From: Girardia tigrina
Lineage: Eukaryota
Assembly (NCBI GenBank): GCA_001938485.1
Contig: MQRK01177738.1
Location: 1-64,000 of the forward strand
Reading direction: 5' to 3'
Length of the DNA stretch: 64,000 nucleotides
Below are positions 24,915 through 38,400 of the stretch, in pieces. A program made the position numbers and the translations under genes. Within the stretch, counting starts at the first letter, position 1. Every line of letters begins with the position of its first letter. The notes beneath the pieces are model-generated. The model worked only from the letters and a program-made list of their open reading frames with translations, searched no databases and was not told where the DNA came from.

Positions 24915-27700
24915 TTTCGGTGGCACCAACAACGTTCCAAGAACTAACGGGCGAATTAAACTGGCAAGAGCCATATGTATATTTGGACGATAATCTGATT
25001 TTTTCGAAAGATAAAATAGAACACTTCAAACTAATTGAACACGTGCGTAGTAAAATTAAGGAATCAGGTCTGAGAATAAACCTGAAGAAATGTCAATTCT
25101 TGGTTGAAAAAACAAAGTTTGTGGGATATTTCATCTGCAAAGATGACATAGTAATAGATGCGACAAAGGTCGTTGAAATTAGCAAGTTTCAGAACCCTTC
25201 TAACAAACTATTACAGAAAATTTTTAAAAGATTACGCAAAGTATTCAAACTCATTTAGAAGGGCTATGTGGAAAGAATAAAAATTAAAAAAAAATAATAC
25301 TGACGGAAAAATGCAACGAGGCGTTTCAAAAATTAAAGGAAAAAATTATCAAAACACCAATACTGGCATTTCCAGTTTTGGAAAATCAGTTCATATTGAT
25401 TACGGATGCCAGCTTTGATACCATTAGAGTGGTGCTATTACAGAAGTGTATATACAGTACTTGCCAAAAGTCTTAGAAAAAAGTACATAAATACCAAATT
25501 TATTGTTGCAAACATTCTACAAGAAAAGTATTGATCCTGCTGTCTCTGCATTATTAATATTTAGTTGACCTGCCGTGGTTATTCAAAACCTATTGGATTC
25601 TGTTCGGCATAGAATCTGTTAGATTTCGGCAAAGTGCCTCAGTAACGTCTAAACACCAGACCGATTTTATTGCATTTTGTAAGTCATTCAAATTAGGGTC
25701 TTCTGATTGACACTTTTTTCTTTATTATGGTCCAAAGATTCTCAATAGAATTGAGATCTGGGCTGTTCCCAGGTCAGTGCAAAATCTCAATCCTATTTTC
25801 CTTAAACCACTGTTTCACAATCTTTGCCTTTTGGCATGGGGCACTATCTTGCTGAAATTTGTCACAAATAGGAATTTGCATAAAAAGCTTCAGTTTATTT
25901 TTCAAAACCTCTTTGAAAGTAGTAGCATTCATGGTTGTTCCTGGAGGTACAAACCACAAAGGATCTCAACCAAAAGCAGAAAAGACATCCCATACCATAC
26001 ATGAAGATGGATGCTTAACAATATGGTTTGTATACCGTGTATTAAATATTTACCTAACTGGTCTCTTTACAAATGGTCTATAACTCTGAAACAATGAAAA
26101 ACTAGATTCATTTGAAAATAATACTTTTCACCATTCAGCTTGAGTCCAGGGGCCCTATTTCTTACAAAATGAAATACGATCGGTGATGTTCTTTTTACTT
26201 TATAAGCCCGAATTTTAAATATTACCTGCAAAATTCGTCTTATACTTCTGCATCTTAACCAAATTTCAGGTAACTCTGCTTTGAATTCTGAAGCATAGCA
26301 AAATTAATTCGCTAAAAACATTCTTCAAATCATACTATCATCCCTTCTTGTACTTTGTCGAGGTCTCCCACATCTTTTCTTCGTTGCAACAATTCTATCT
26401 TCAGCAAATGTTTTCAAATTATAGGACACTGCACATAAACTGCATCCAATCCTTGAAGCAATTTGAAGTGAAGTATAATATTCTTGCTTAAGCACAACCA
26501 TTAAAACAAACAATTAGTATAAGATTATTTGTGTACATTGCAGCGTTTCAATGTAAAATAAAAATAAATCTGTAAAAGCTGTATATGTGATTTTCTTCTA
26601 AGACTTTTTTCCAGTATTGTATATGGAAGAGAAAGATTGATTGGATACGGATTCCACAAAAACGAACTTCCACAAGAAAAGAACATCTGGTAATCCACTA
26701 TTTTACACAACATTTTAAACACTTCCTCTACAACAAGAAATTTTTATTAAGAACCGATAAGAAAGCCCTCATCCTTTATGTTGTCGACAAAGAATTCAAT
26801 AACTCCACAGTTTCCAACTTGGATAAATTTCTTTAGTGCTTTGAATATAAAAATGGAATACCGGAAATGCAAAAAACACTCTACGTCTGATGTTATGTCG
26901 GGAAATACCTGTGAAATGTGTGTACAATGTCAGACGCTGAACAAAGAAGCTAAGAAAGGAAAAATTAAAAAAAGAATTCTAGCCTTAGACTAAAAATCAA
27001 AAGAATATAGATATCAGAAAGATAATGATGAGATAAATCAAATTAAGAAAGATGTCAGAACTAGGAAAACAGAAAAGTGGGTTCTGAAAGATGATTTTGA
27101 TATTGGTGATAGGAGAGAAACGGTAAATGAAATCGTACAAAGCTGTATAAATATTCAGAAGAGAAAGACTTTAACAACGAAAACAAAAGAGAAACACTTG
27201 AAAAAATTCTTTGATGAACCCTTTTAAAAACAGATATGGATTTCTGGTAACCGTTCAAAAGAAATATTATTAGATGTCAATACATACTAGCGATAATCGA
27301 TCGATTTGACAGATACATCAGTTTGAACACAGTGACTCATCAAGATGAGAAAACTGTACAAAAGGTTTTAGTAGATAAATGGATATGGAAATGTGAGAAA
27401 CCAAAAGAAATCTATGTGATAAAGGAAAAACTTTCGAATCAGCACTTTTTAATGAGACAATGTATAAATTCAAAGCTGTAATAGTATATTCTAGTCCCTA
27501 CCACCACAAAATCAATGAGATCGTTGAGTGACAATTTAAAACAATTAGAAATGTCATGAATATATGAATAAAAGATAAAACTCAGAGATTCGGCTGAAAT
27601 TTCGCTAGAAGTAGAATTTATGTTAAATAGCACACTTGAAGCTACCATAGGTGCCTCACCAGTGGAAATAGAACTTGGCAGGAAGTTAAGACATTAGTGG
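24915..27700 (+). mobile_element. Gypsy LTR retrotransposon pol remnant (RT, RNase H, integrase) interrupted by Tc1
   Basis: APTTFQ..VYLDDNLIFS, LRINLKKCQF, FILITDAS, and integrase-like IIDRFDRY..SPYHHKIN; RNase H resumes after 26620. Confidence 0.9.
25455..26619 (-). mobile_element. Tc1 (DD34E) transposon, decayed
   Basis: TIRs CAGTACTTGCCAAAAGTCTTAGAA / reverse match ending 26619, TA TSD; GRPR, FSNES, FQQDSAPC..PGNSPDLNSIENLW. Confidence 0.92.
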
Positions 27701-30108
27701 AAAAGCACAAATGGTTTACACTCATATACAAGTTAAACAAATTTAATTTTTACTAACTTCAAAAATTGACTACTGATTTTATTATAAGATTAGAATATAA
27801 TACATATCAAAAGAGTTTTAATTTACTCTTTGAGAAGCAGTTCTGTTAATCGTAATTGATAAGGCACTACGACCAGTCATTAAATAAAATTCCAAATTGC
27901 CAAAGTGATGCCACCGCAATCCATAACAATTTTAATTAAATGCCATAACTAATCAATAATATTTTACTTCATTAAAGGTTGTTATTAATATATTATATTT
28001 TATATAATTTTTTTTAAATTTATGGTTATATATTTCTGCATTTTAAAACCATTAACAAGTTTCTGAAAGTTGTCTATATTTAATGAACAGGAAAGGAAAT
28101 ATTATTTCTAATAACAAATGCTATCATTATGTAAAGCAACATCTAGAAAGGAAAACTAAAATTAAAACAGTCATCGAGCAAATAAAATTATTTATAATTC
28201 AAATGTTTACCCGACACAAATCAGTTTACAGTCGAAATTAATTAAATAGAATTAGTTAAAAGATAAGCGGATTGTTTGACATAAGAACAGGAATATTTCT
28301 AAGGGGGATTTTACAAAATTGTGTCATTTTCTGTGATAAAGAAGTATTTCCTGTTGAAATATCAAATTTTGGGGGGGTTAAATGACGGATAAACGTTTTG
28401 TTTGGTTCTTCTTTAATTAAATTCGATTGGACAAACACTACTGTCAACCAACTTTCATCTTACAAACCAACAACCTTTCATTGGAGTTTGTGCCCCTCAA
28501 CTGACAAAAAGGTCTAAAGTGTATCCTAAAAGTTGTATATCATTACTAAAGTCCTACAAAAACTTGTTTTAATATTAATCACACCATAAATATTTTTAAA
28601 AATTGATAAATCTGGTGATTTGAAATGTAATATTTCACTTTCCATCGATATCCAAATATCAAATACACAATTCTTTGTCAAAATGCAAAATTTTTTACTA
28701 AAATCTTTAATTTTTGCAAAAAATCCTCATCACCAATACATACTGAATAATTTTGACATCACCGTTTTACTGTTCATCATTAATCATTCCGGTCCTTTTC
28801 AGCATCATATCTTCCAATTGGCGGTAATAGACATCTGCTGAATGGAATCGCTGATATAAATATAAAAATAAATATGTAAAAAAGTTAAAAAATATGTTTG
28901 TAAAGTCCATTCTTATTATTTCTTTAGAGACAAGAATGAGTATTTGAGTTATTTTAATTAATTTGAGAGAGTGTGGATGTAGCTGAATCATTCAATTAGT
29001 AGATTTAAGTTTTTTTGTTTTTTTTGTAGTAAAATGTTATGGTTTGGGAGTGTGGATGTGATTGATATTATCGAAAATAAGCTCAGTGCTGTTGATATTG
29101 ATATTAGTGATTTTTTTTATTTTATTATTATTTTTGTTTTTTTTGTTTTTTTGTGATTCATTACAAGTAAAAGAAAGATTCGATTGTTTCCAGTCTGTGT
29201 AGATTGAGTCTGTCATTGGTTTAAACAATTATCTCCGTTTTGGCTAAATAATTAATTATGAAAATTTAGATTTATAAATCAATAACTATCAATATCCCTA
29301 TGGGATAATTAGAAATTATAAATTTGAATTTTTATAATTAGTCTGTATGCTTATTTGAAGATAATTGTTTTTGTCGATTATTATTATTTTTTACTGACTA
29401 AAAGGGATTTTATCACCAAAAAAGGAAGAAGTTTAAAAGATAATTGATAAATTACATGTATTCGCCTGTATCCGAGCATTTTTATCAGTTATTACAATTT
29501 CGTGCCATACAAATTCTAACATTACATTCTATTTTGGTTTGAACTTTGGAGTGTGATTTATTTTTTTGGTGACTTTAGAATATCCGATTAAGTATCATTT
29601 ATTTATTTTATTTTCAAAACGATCAAATTAAATTTCGAATCTTGTTTAATATTTTTCAAGTTTTGTTAAATTTCAAATATAAATTTTAGTAACATCAGTT
29701 ATAGTCGTTCTTCTTTTTTTTATTTAAAAGGGAAAATTCTTTGATTAATTTTGTTTGTTTGTTTACTGGATTAATCGAGAAATTTTCTTAACCTAAAATT
29801 GTATTTCGTCGTAGGACATGCAGCCACTATTACATACTATTACAACTGTAGTATTGCAATAGGAAACGATAATAACCAATACAATGTTATATATTTTTAT
29901 ACAAAAAAATTAATTATCATGTAAAAAAGGAAAACATTTTTTTTGTTGAAAGGATTAGTATTTTTGAAAAACGTGTTTTATAATTATTATTAATCGCGTT
30001 GGCGTTTAAATGCTTAGATTTGCGTGGTAAATTGTCAAGCTTAAAATTATTAATAAAAAAAATCGAATTTCTTTCTTTTGTATCAATTTTGATTTGATTT
30101 TTTTCGTC

Positions 30109-30660
30109 ATGTTCTTTTTGCAGTTTTTACAATATCTCAAAGATTTTTCCGTTATTGAAAATCTCGGACTCGACGATTTGATCAACAGAATCCATTATCA
30201 GTTTTACGTTATAGTTTTATTGATATTGTCATCGTTCGCTTCACTTCATCAATTCGTTTGGTCGTCGATCTTGTGTTATGTGAGCAGCTCGATTGGCGTT
30301 GCCAAGGCTGACAATAATTTGCAGAACATATGCTGGACCGAGTGATTGCATCTGATGAATTTCTTGCGGTCGATATCACAACAAGATAAAGCGTGGAATA
30401 ACATATCAAATCACGTATTGGGCTTCTACCTCTGAATGACACTGATTCTTGGGATTCAGGCGCTGCGCAATTGGATACCGAGTGTCGTCTGTCAGTTGGT
30501 GAACATCTCGATCTTCAGGATCAGCTTCCTGGACGTCATGTGAGAGATGAGATGCGTTCACTTGCTGACGAAAGATCCTCGACTACAGCACGTGGAAATG
30601 ACCGGCTGTCTTTTGTTTGCGTTGATCAACATGAAAATATCGATGAAACGGAAATATTTG
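30109..30660 (+). pseudogene. Intronless innexin pseudogene (N-terminal half)
   Basis: LGLDDLINRIHYQFYVIVLL..ILCY..QNICWTE*..GFYL*MTLILGIQALRNWIP matches innexin DDxxDR, C..CW, YYQW and P motifs; in-frame TGA at 30343, 30433 and 30541; no frameshift seen. Confidence 0.9.
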
Positions 30661-31017
30661 TGATGATAATACTAGTGAAGATAAAGGGAAAAAAAGTGAA
30701 TCTCAAAGAATTTATTGTGACCCCTTGATCCAGAGTTTTTTAACCTGTGAGGTATATTTCCCTAAGAGAGTGAGAAAAGTGTATATTAAGTGTATATATT
30801 ATTATTGTTTTGAATTTATCATTTAATCTTTAATTTTTTATTCCTGAATATTTTCAGATTTTTCTGACTTTAGTATTTTTGCTTTTTAAATACTATAGCA
30901 ACGGAATTGTGAATAGTCCAGCAGAAAAGATAAAGCAACGGAAGTAAAGAAAACAAATGTTAAATATAATAAATAATACAGATGTATAAGCATATTTGAA
31001 ATTCATAATTTCTTTAA

Positions 31018-31058
31018 GACCTGACGATGATTGTTAAATTGTCTAAAGTATTTGTATT
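31018..31058 (+). ncRNA. Decayed hammerhead remnant
   Basis: GAC CTGACGA T GA..TTGTC TAAA; upstream context similar to the 34711 copy. Confidence 0.45.
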
Positions 31059-31699
31059 CAATAACAAGAATGTTTTCTTTAACTGATATCTTTATGAATT
31101 CACTACAGATATAATAAGTTTATTTCAAAAAATTAAAAATACTGAAATTTAATATAAATCAGAAAATTAGCCTTGTATGTTAATTTACAGTTCCAAATAC
31201 CGAAAAAGAGAAAAAAATGAATTAATAAATAAAACACAATTAATAAATACTTTAGTGATGCCGTCGACCAAGATGTGAGTACTGGAAACGAGCGATCCAG
31301 ATCAACGCGGATACTCCCTAATCAGCTTAAGAAAATAAATACCCGATCACAGAGGAATCCCCGACTGATACATACAACGTTCACGCCTTTGAAATATTTA
31401 TTAAGAGATGAATTTAATTTTCTGTCGGTCAGTTGTGGACTCGTAGGTACTACTGATGTTTGTTTGGGACAGTTAAAAATTGAATATACAGCAAAATATT
31501 AATATATAAATAAAACGTAAATCTTTTCAAATTGATTCTTTTCGGAAAAAAATATTTTTGAAAAGTTTCAAAGAAAGAGATGAAGAAATGAATCTTATTT
31601 TTGTTATTTTGGTATCAAGTTGACATCAATTTTATTTTTTTAATTAAACTGATAAGGACTGAGTGCGACAATTATTATTAACTTTAAAATCCTCTATCT

Positions 31700-32900
31700 T
31701 CAAAACGACATTTTTGATTGAAAAAATACCGACTGTTTTGAAAAATGTGTTTAATTCAAAATAATTTTAGTAAGCTAAGAAAGATTATTTATTTTTTAAT
31801 AAATTCTGCAAGCTTTTCCGGAATGCCTGCAATTAGACTTGCATTTGTAGTTTCTGTCACGTTTTTGGCTGCATTATTCCACTTGCTCCGAAAATCTGCA
31901 AGTGTCTATGGCCTCATGTTGTCGTCTTTAATTGAATTTTTAGGGGCCAATATCTTTCGATTGAGCAAATTCTGGATAATTTGATGGGTTTGCCTCTTTC
32001 CACAAAATCGACGTTATTGTCTTCGTACAACTTCTTAGCCGGCTTACCAAGTGACACGATGCCAAATCCCACCAAAAGAAAGTAAGACCTCCGTGCTGAC
32101 TTATTAATGGTAATAAACTCTTTTGCAAGCACTCCTTCACATAGACTTCTGTGTTTATTGTGCCAGATGTGACAAAGTATTGACTCTTTTTCCCGTATCA
32201 ACATTGTTAGGAATTAAAAATGTTTGGAAAATTTTTGAAAGAAGGTTATATTAAATATGTACAAATTAAAATTTTTATATAATTAAATGTAACGTTTGAA
32301 AAAAATAAAATTACTAAAATTAAGAAGATCAATTAAATTGCTAATAAAATTTTTTGAGAGTTTTAATATAATATAAAAAGTAAAAAAAAGTGTATAATTT
32401 TTATGTGAAACGATTTTAAAAAAAGTAATAAAATTAAATGGAACGATTAAATATTTTAAAATGTTATCGTAATATAAAATTGATTTATAAGTAATTAAAA
32501 AATCAAATATGAATATTTATAAGTATTTTTTATCTATATCGGTTTAAGATTTATAAAACAAATAGTTTCTCAAAAAAATAAATTTGTTTAAATATTAGAT
32601 TTAAACATTTTTTTGTAGTATAATAAAAGTTTTAATGTCTGCTACTAATAATTCTGACGAAGTTCCAAGAACCACTAATAAACATATAGCCTGCCAAACA
32701 GGAAATGTTTTGGGAAACTTAATTTTTTTCTTACTTCTAAATTTTTCTTCAACTCCTCCACTCTTACTTGTAGCATAAAATTTTTGTCCGGGTAGCTGGG
32801 AAAACTTTCAGAGCACCTAAGTCTCATAATCCATAATGTAACATGTTTTCTTCACAAGAAAACCAAATTTCAACTTTCTGGCTGGCTATGATGATTAATA
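31700..32900 (-). mobile_element. ITm DD37E transposon remnant, interrupted by AT-rich insert
   Basis: MKECLQKSLLPLI..FWWDLASCH..YEDNNVDFVE..IERYW; MDYET and WQAIC at 32650-32840; nucleotide homology to 20683-21090. Confidence 0.85.
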
Positions 32901-33050
32901 GTATTGCTTGAGTGATCAATCACTCAATTTTTAATATTCTTAATTCCAATCTGAACTAACTTGAAGAAAATTACTTTATTTAAAATATTTCATTTAAATA
33001 TTTTATTGGCTAAAATAAAATGACTTAAGTTAAATGACTAAGTTATACAC

Positions 33051-33090
<40 letters not shown>

Positions 33091-33308
33091 AATTTATATT
33101 TAAATATAAATCTTTATACAATCCTTTTATTTTTATATATAATTAAACTATGTTTATTATACATCATTATTGGAATATAATTATTATTATTTTAAATGTT
33201 TGTTATTTCTCCTCTCGCTTCCAGTCCCTACATGAGAGTCATACTTTATTTGACCGCCTCCTGTAGGGTGGAATAGATATGGAAAGCGTTATATTAGTTT
33301 ATATATAC

Positions 33309-33690
33309 TTAGGCTGTCCCAAAAGTCCTCAGGTGGCCTTTAAAAACACACTAATATTTTACCAAATTTAACCAAATTTGGACTGAATATTATTCAGACT
33401 TCCATAAATACTATATTAAAATTTCAAAGCATAAAATTAAAAAATGTAAAATTTTCTTTTATTAAAGTATTGAAATTTTAAAAGTGCAGCGAATTCAAAT
33501 CAAGTGGTTTTTAACAATGGAACCAAATAAATGTTGCCAACATTTTTTTGTTTTAACTCAAAAAAAGGATTATCTGCTTCAGAAATTCTTCAGCAGGCAT
33601 GGGAAGACACAAATCACCCAGCACTGAAAACTATTCAACAATGGTTGACTGATTTTAAAAAAGAAAAGCGGACGTCCTTCAGTCACCAAT
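33309..33690 (+). mobile_element. mariner 5' fragment
   Basis: TIR TTAGGCTGTCCCAAAAG; HTH-like PALKTIQQWLTDFKKEKRTS. Confidence 0.7.
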
Positions 33691-34354
33691 TGCGATCTAA
33701 TACCTAATATGAGTCGTCAAACACAACAATACAATATACTAGATTAACTGTATTAACTAATCCAAAACCACAATTATAATAAATAACAATCGTTCGAAAT
33801 ATTTCAAATCGGCAAATGAACAGTTTTATATAATAAATATAATAAAATACTTCGCGATTTGAAGGCAAAACGCTCGAGCAGGAATCTAACCGTAAAAATT
33901 GTATGTTATTCGAAAAATAGTTGTCCTCTATTTCTCGGTATTGAAAAGAAATGATAACGATAGGAAACCGAATTGATTGATATTAATTAGTGGACCACTT
34001 TAATCGTAGAAATGTAATTGATAAATTAAATGATGAATCCTTTGATCTTGAGTGACGGTCAGGTTGGAGAACGGAGCTAGACGACACATAATTTCGTATT
34101 TTAAAAATTTTAATTGCTAATCGTGGATTGCTTTGCAATCATATTCAATTTGTATTGATTTTTAAATTGCATTTTTTATTACTCTATAATTTTGATATTG
34201 AAATTTCTTTATTCGCTTTTTTCTTTCTTTTTCTTTCTTTCCTATAAAACTAAAAAAAATTAAACGTATTTCTTCCCTTCGTTTTTAACCTTCTTTTGTG
34301 ACAACAAAAAAGTATAAAATAAATAAATAAATAATAAACATAAATAAATAACGA

Positions 34355-35670
34355 AAGATGCCCGCAAAACCTGGCCTTTGTATATAGTCAAGTTATCAGC
34401 ATTTACACATCACAGAAGTAAAAAAAAAACACTCAGACGAAACGTCTAAAATAATATTATCTAAATCATCCAACAGTCTTTGCATTTTAAAATAAAGTGT
34501 AAGTGTTTGAAAGGCATGAAGGGTGTACAATAATTAAAGAAACTGTAGTTGTTGGCTGGTAGATGATTTAGATAGCTAAATATTTATATCATAGATGACT
34601 AAATATTTATCAGATCTTTACATCCTAAGATAAATGTACAAACTGGTCTTTCGACATAACAATCCATCACTGCTTGCCTATATAAGCCGATTTAAAACAC
34701 TTTTTCTTGAGACCTGACGATGACGGTTGTTGGGTTCTTGATCAATATTAGAATTCATTAATCACCAAAAATTTATTACTAACACAATTAACAATTATTC
34801 AAACAATTTTCGTTGTAATAAAAATTGTTGATTTTTAATAAAAACTTTTTTAGAGGAACTTTTCTAACGTTTTCTTTATGACCAGATTCTTATATAAAAT
34901 ATGAAATTATAAATATAAATAACTGATAAGTGATTTTAAAATTGAAAATTTTTAATTCTATTTATTTGAAAATTTTTTAATTCTATTTAATAAAAATTTT
35001 GTTGTCATATTTTTACTAAATTAACTTTAATGATTTTTTATTATTTTAGAATTAGTTTAATGTTATTTATTTTTTGGGAAACATTTCTAATTAATAAAGA
35101 TTTTAACGTTTTATTTTTTTTCAATATTTACGAATTTTATTATTAATATTTAAAATCTTTTTTACCTACAATTATTTTAAATACCATACCATTTAAATAC
35201 CAAAAAATAATTTAGAGTATTTTATAGTAATTTACAAATTTTATTATTATTACGATGCGTTAATGATAAAAGTCTTAATTAAATTTTTTTACAAACTATT
35301 TAGAATAATTTTTAAAATTATTACAACCTATTTTATTCTTGTATTTATATATATATTTTTTAATCAATTATTTAAAAATTCATTATTTCCCAATTAATTT
35401 CATTTTAAGTTTTTTTTACTCTTCAAATAAAATTCGATTATTCTCGAAAATAACTTTTTAAAATTAATTACGATATATTTTTAAATTATAAATATTTAGA
35501 CAACTTTTGATTTTAAATATTTACTTATTTCAAATATTATTTATAAAAATTATTTATTCAAAAATTTAAAGGAATGAGCTTTTCACATGAGTCCTTCACA
35601 ACGGTTATAATGCCGATATTAATTGTCATAAAGATAAATGCTTATTTAACAAATGGCGTGTTTTGAATTT
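34355..35670 (+). mobile_element. PLE pLTR: decayed GIY-YIG, truncated hammerhead, AT spacer, ORF start
   Basis: IFIRSLHPKINVQTGLST at ~34605-34655; GAC CTGACGA T GACGG at 34711; ATG at ~35573 MSFSHESF..INCHKDKCLFNKWRVLN. Confidence 0.65.
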
Positions 35671-36019
35671 TATTTTTATTAATTTAATTTGTTTCTTTAA
35701 ATTACACTTTTTAATTACAAACAGTTAAAATAATAATCAATAAATTTATGAAAAAAACATTTTAGAATTTAATAATTGTGATCAATGTTATTTATTATAA
35801 CTAAAAATTAAAAAAAAACATTTTTATAATAAATTAGTTTTGTAAATAAAATGGCAAATTTTGATTATTGACATTTAAAATTAATTTCAAAAAATTTTGG
35901 AAGATTATTAAATAAAAATAAAAAGAGAGCACAACATTAAATGATTTTATAATATAACGTAAAAAAAATTTAGAATTTAGATTTGAACATTTTTTGGTAA
36001 ATGGACTTAAATAGTTTAA

Positions 36020-36470
36020 AAATCAAATTTAAAGTATTAGACCAGACCCATTATTTTCCAGTTCTGGTAACAATCATTATTGTAGCCTTCTGGAATGGCT
36101 TTCGTAATACGCAAGAATCAATGTTGAATATCCTAGATCATCCTAAAATGATAACCTTGAAATCGTCCTTGAGTTTCGAGAATAGTCATAAGTCACAACA
36201 TATAAAATTAGGTAAATACAGTTGTAGTTGAACGAATTGAGGGTAAAAAAGTCATGAACTGCTGCGAGGGAAAGTGGATTATTGACATACAAAATCTAAG
36301 AATTGTTTACCCACAATTCTGGCCTTTTGTGAATGACCTAACACAAGCAACACATAACATGAAAAAGATAACTGAGACCAGTAAATACTGTTAGTGCTTA
36401 CAAAAAATTTGTTTGATCTCATACCCATTTTTCTAGAATCTAGAAATAATGGAATAGTTGAACATTTTTC
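36020..36470 (+). mobile_element. Decayed retroviral-type integrase fragment
   Basis: HTHFLESRNNGIVEHF resembles T.YHP..NG.VER. Confidence 0.4.
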
Positions 36471-36502
36471 TTGAAGATCATGATTTCGATCATTATTTGT
36501 TT

Positions 36503-36541
36503 TGTCTGATGATAACGGGTGATCCGTCGAAATTAATCACA
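36503..36541 (+). ncRNA. Best-preserved minimal type-I hammerhead ribozyme
   Basis: TGT CTGATGA T AACGG GTGAT CCGTC GAAA TTAA TC ACA: stem I TGT/ACA, 4-bp stem II with A.C closing mismatch, palindromic TTAA loop, AUC cleavage triplet (after 36538). Confidence 0.8.
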
Positions 36542-36676
36542 TTTTTAAAAAATAAAAATTTTGAATGATGTTTAAATATATTTTTTATTGTCAATAAATT
36601 TGAAAAAAAATTGAAAAAATTATTGAAATTAAAATTAACAAACCAATTAATATGTTTATTAATTTCAATGGATTAA

Positions 36677-36837
36677 CTCTTTCAACACTTTTGGGACATA
36701 TTTTTTAAGAATGATAGTGATATAGTTAAAATCTATATACTAACATCTATAGACGATGATTCGTATAAATTAGAAAAAAATATTTTGGGATATAATATTA
36801 TATGGATTAATGAAATAAAAAAATCATGTTGAAAGAG
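36677..36837. mobile_element. piggyBac-type MITE
   Basis: TTAA-CTCTTTCAACA ... TGTTGAAAGAG-TTAA. Confidence 0.8.
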
Positions 36838-37319
36838 TTAACCTTCATCTCTAAAACAAATAATTTCTAAAAAAGAAAGTTACTTATATACTGTCGGTAA
36901 TGATTACGTAATCAATAAGTCATCAATGGGGCCAATTTTTTTAGCGTTCGCGAAAAACACCACCAAATCGCGAAAAAATACGAAAAAGTATTTTAAACAT
37001 GAAAAATTCCCAAAAAAAGACTGAATTGTAAAAAATAAAAAAAGACATTGTTTCTTATTTATAATTAAGTAACAATTTCAGTCATTTTTATGAAATGTTT
37101 TGATAAATATTGTTTTTATTTGATGAATATTATTAAAATTTAAATAAAAACCATAATCAATTTTGGAATTTGTACAATTAAATGAAATGATCTTCAAATT
37201 AGACAAGTAAACAAATTAATCCTTCAAATTACACTAGTAAATAAAATTATTTTAAAGTACAGAAGTAAATAAATTGATCCCTTAAATTACATAAATTAAT
37301 AAAATAATCTCATCAATAA

Positions 37320-37520
37320 ATCATTTAAAAACCCTCAATTAGTTGTCGAGAGTGCATTTTGAACGTTAATTTTAGGATCGAAAGATCATATACATAACGC
37401 TTCACATGTCGCTCTCTCCCAATATTTCTTAAATTGAGTACATAGGGTTTTAAATTTATGGGTATTTATGTTCCCTTTACAATATTTACAATGTCCAGCA
37501 ATATTACTGTAGTGCCCGCA
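37320..37520 (-). mobile_element. PLE GIY-YIG C-terminal fragment
   Basis: SNIAGHCKYCKGNINTHKFKTLCTQFKKYWERATCEALCI*SFDPKINVQNALST. Confidence 0.8.
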
Positions 37521-38154
37521 TATTTTTTTATTTATAACAAAATATTTATTTGACTATCTATTTACTGTGTGTTGTGATGGACAGGATCATTTTTTTGTGT
37601 TTTGAATGGGTTTGAGTTTTTTTATTTGTGTGAATGTTAGCGTGAGAATACACCAGCGAAAGTAAAGAAATGAGAGTGGATGATGAAATTATGAAGAAAG
37701 TAATAGATGGCAATAATATATTTGGCAAGAAAATAAAAATTAAAAAATCAATTAACAATTCCAAAAGTCAATAGCCTATATCAAAGCCAAATATTATTAA
37801 ACCTCTCACCAAATTCCAAGTGGATTTATTTTTTATTATTCAATTCTTTGTGAATACCAAAACCGAGGAATTCTAAAAATCAAATCCTCTTCAAAAATTC
37901 TCTGCACACACCGAAATTCTTGACCAGCTCCATATAAATATTCGTTTTGTTGACAGAAATAAAGTAACTTTTTACTATTTTAATACCCTATAACTGATTT
38001 TTATTTTTTTTGGTGATATCCTTCGTTTTATCCTTCTGTTGTATTGTTATTAATCTAATCTTTTTAAATTAACTTATTGTCTTTATTCTTATTTATATTC
38101 GTAGGTGGATTAAAAATTCGGTTTATCCTATATTTAATCCACTTCAATTACACC

Positions 38155-38400
38155 AACTTTCATTACGAGTGTGTTCATGGATTCTCTTACAGAGAAGACG
38201 TTATGTCTCTCCAACGTATGTTGCATTACACATATTACATGTGTATTGATTGATGAAATCCAAACTCAATCCTAATGGTGTTGATGATTTATTACCAAAC
38301 ACAACTTCAGGATTTTGGGTACGGGAAAAACTGAAAGTACAATAAATCTTTCAGCAATAAATCTTCAACATCGTTAGGATTGTGTTCGGATCTCATTTAA
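38155..38400 (-). mobile_element. PLE GIY-YIG N-terminal fragment
   Basis: INQYTCNMCNATYVGET*RLLCKRIHEHTR matches GIY..CxxC..YIGET.R.L..R..EH. Confidence 0.85.

Noticed and set aside
28760-29240. Possible host exons on the minus strand
   Set aside because: ADVYYRQLEDM looks like a short mariner scrap; the rest is low-complexity.
30350-30580. CTGATGA and CTGACGA boxes in the innexin relic
   Set aside because: No stem II or GAAA partner; coding-sequence coincidence.
32654-32680. CTGACGA followed by a small hairpin
   Set aside because: No GAAA box; lies within DD37E transposase sequence.
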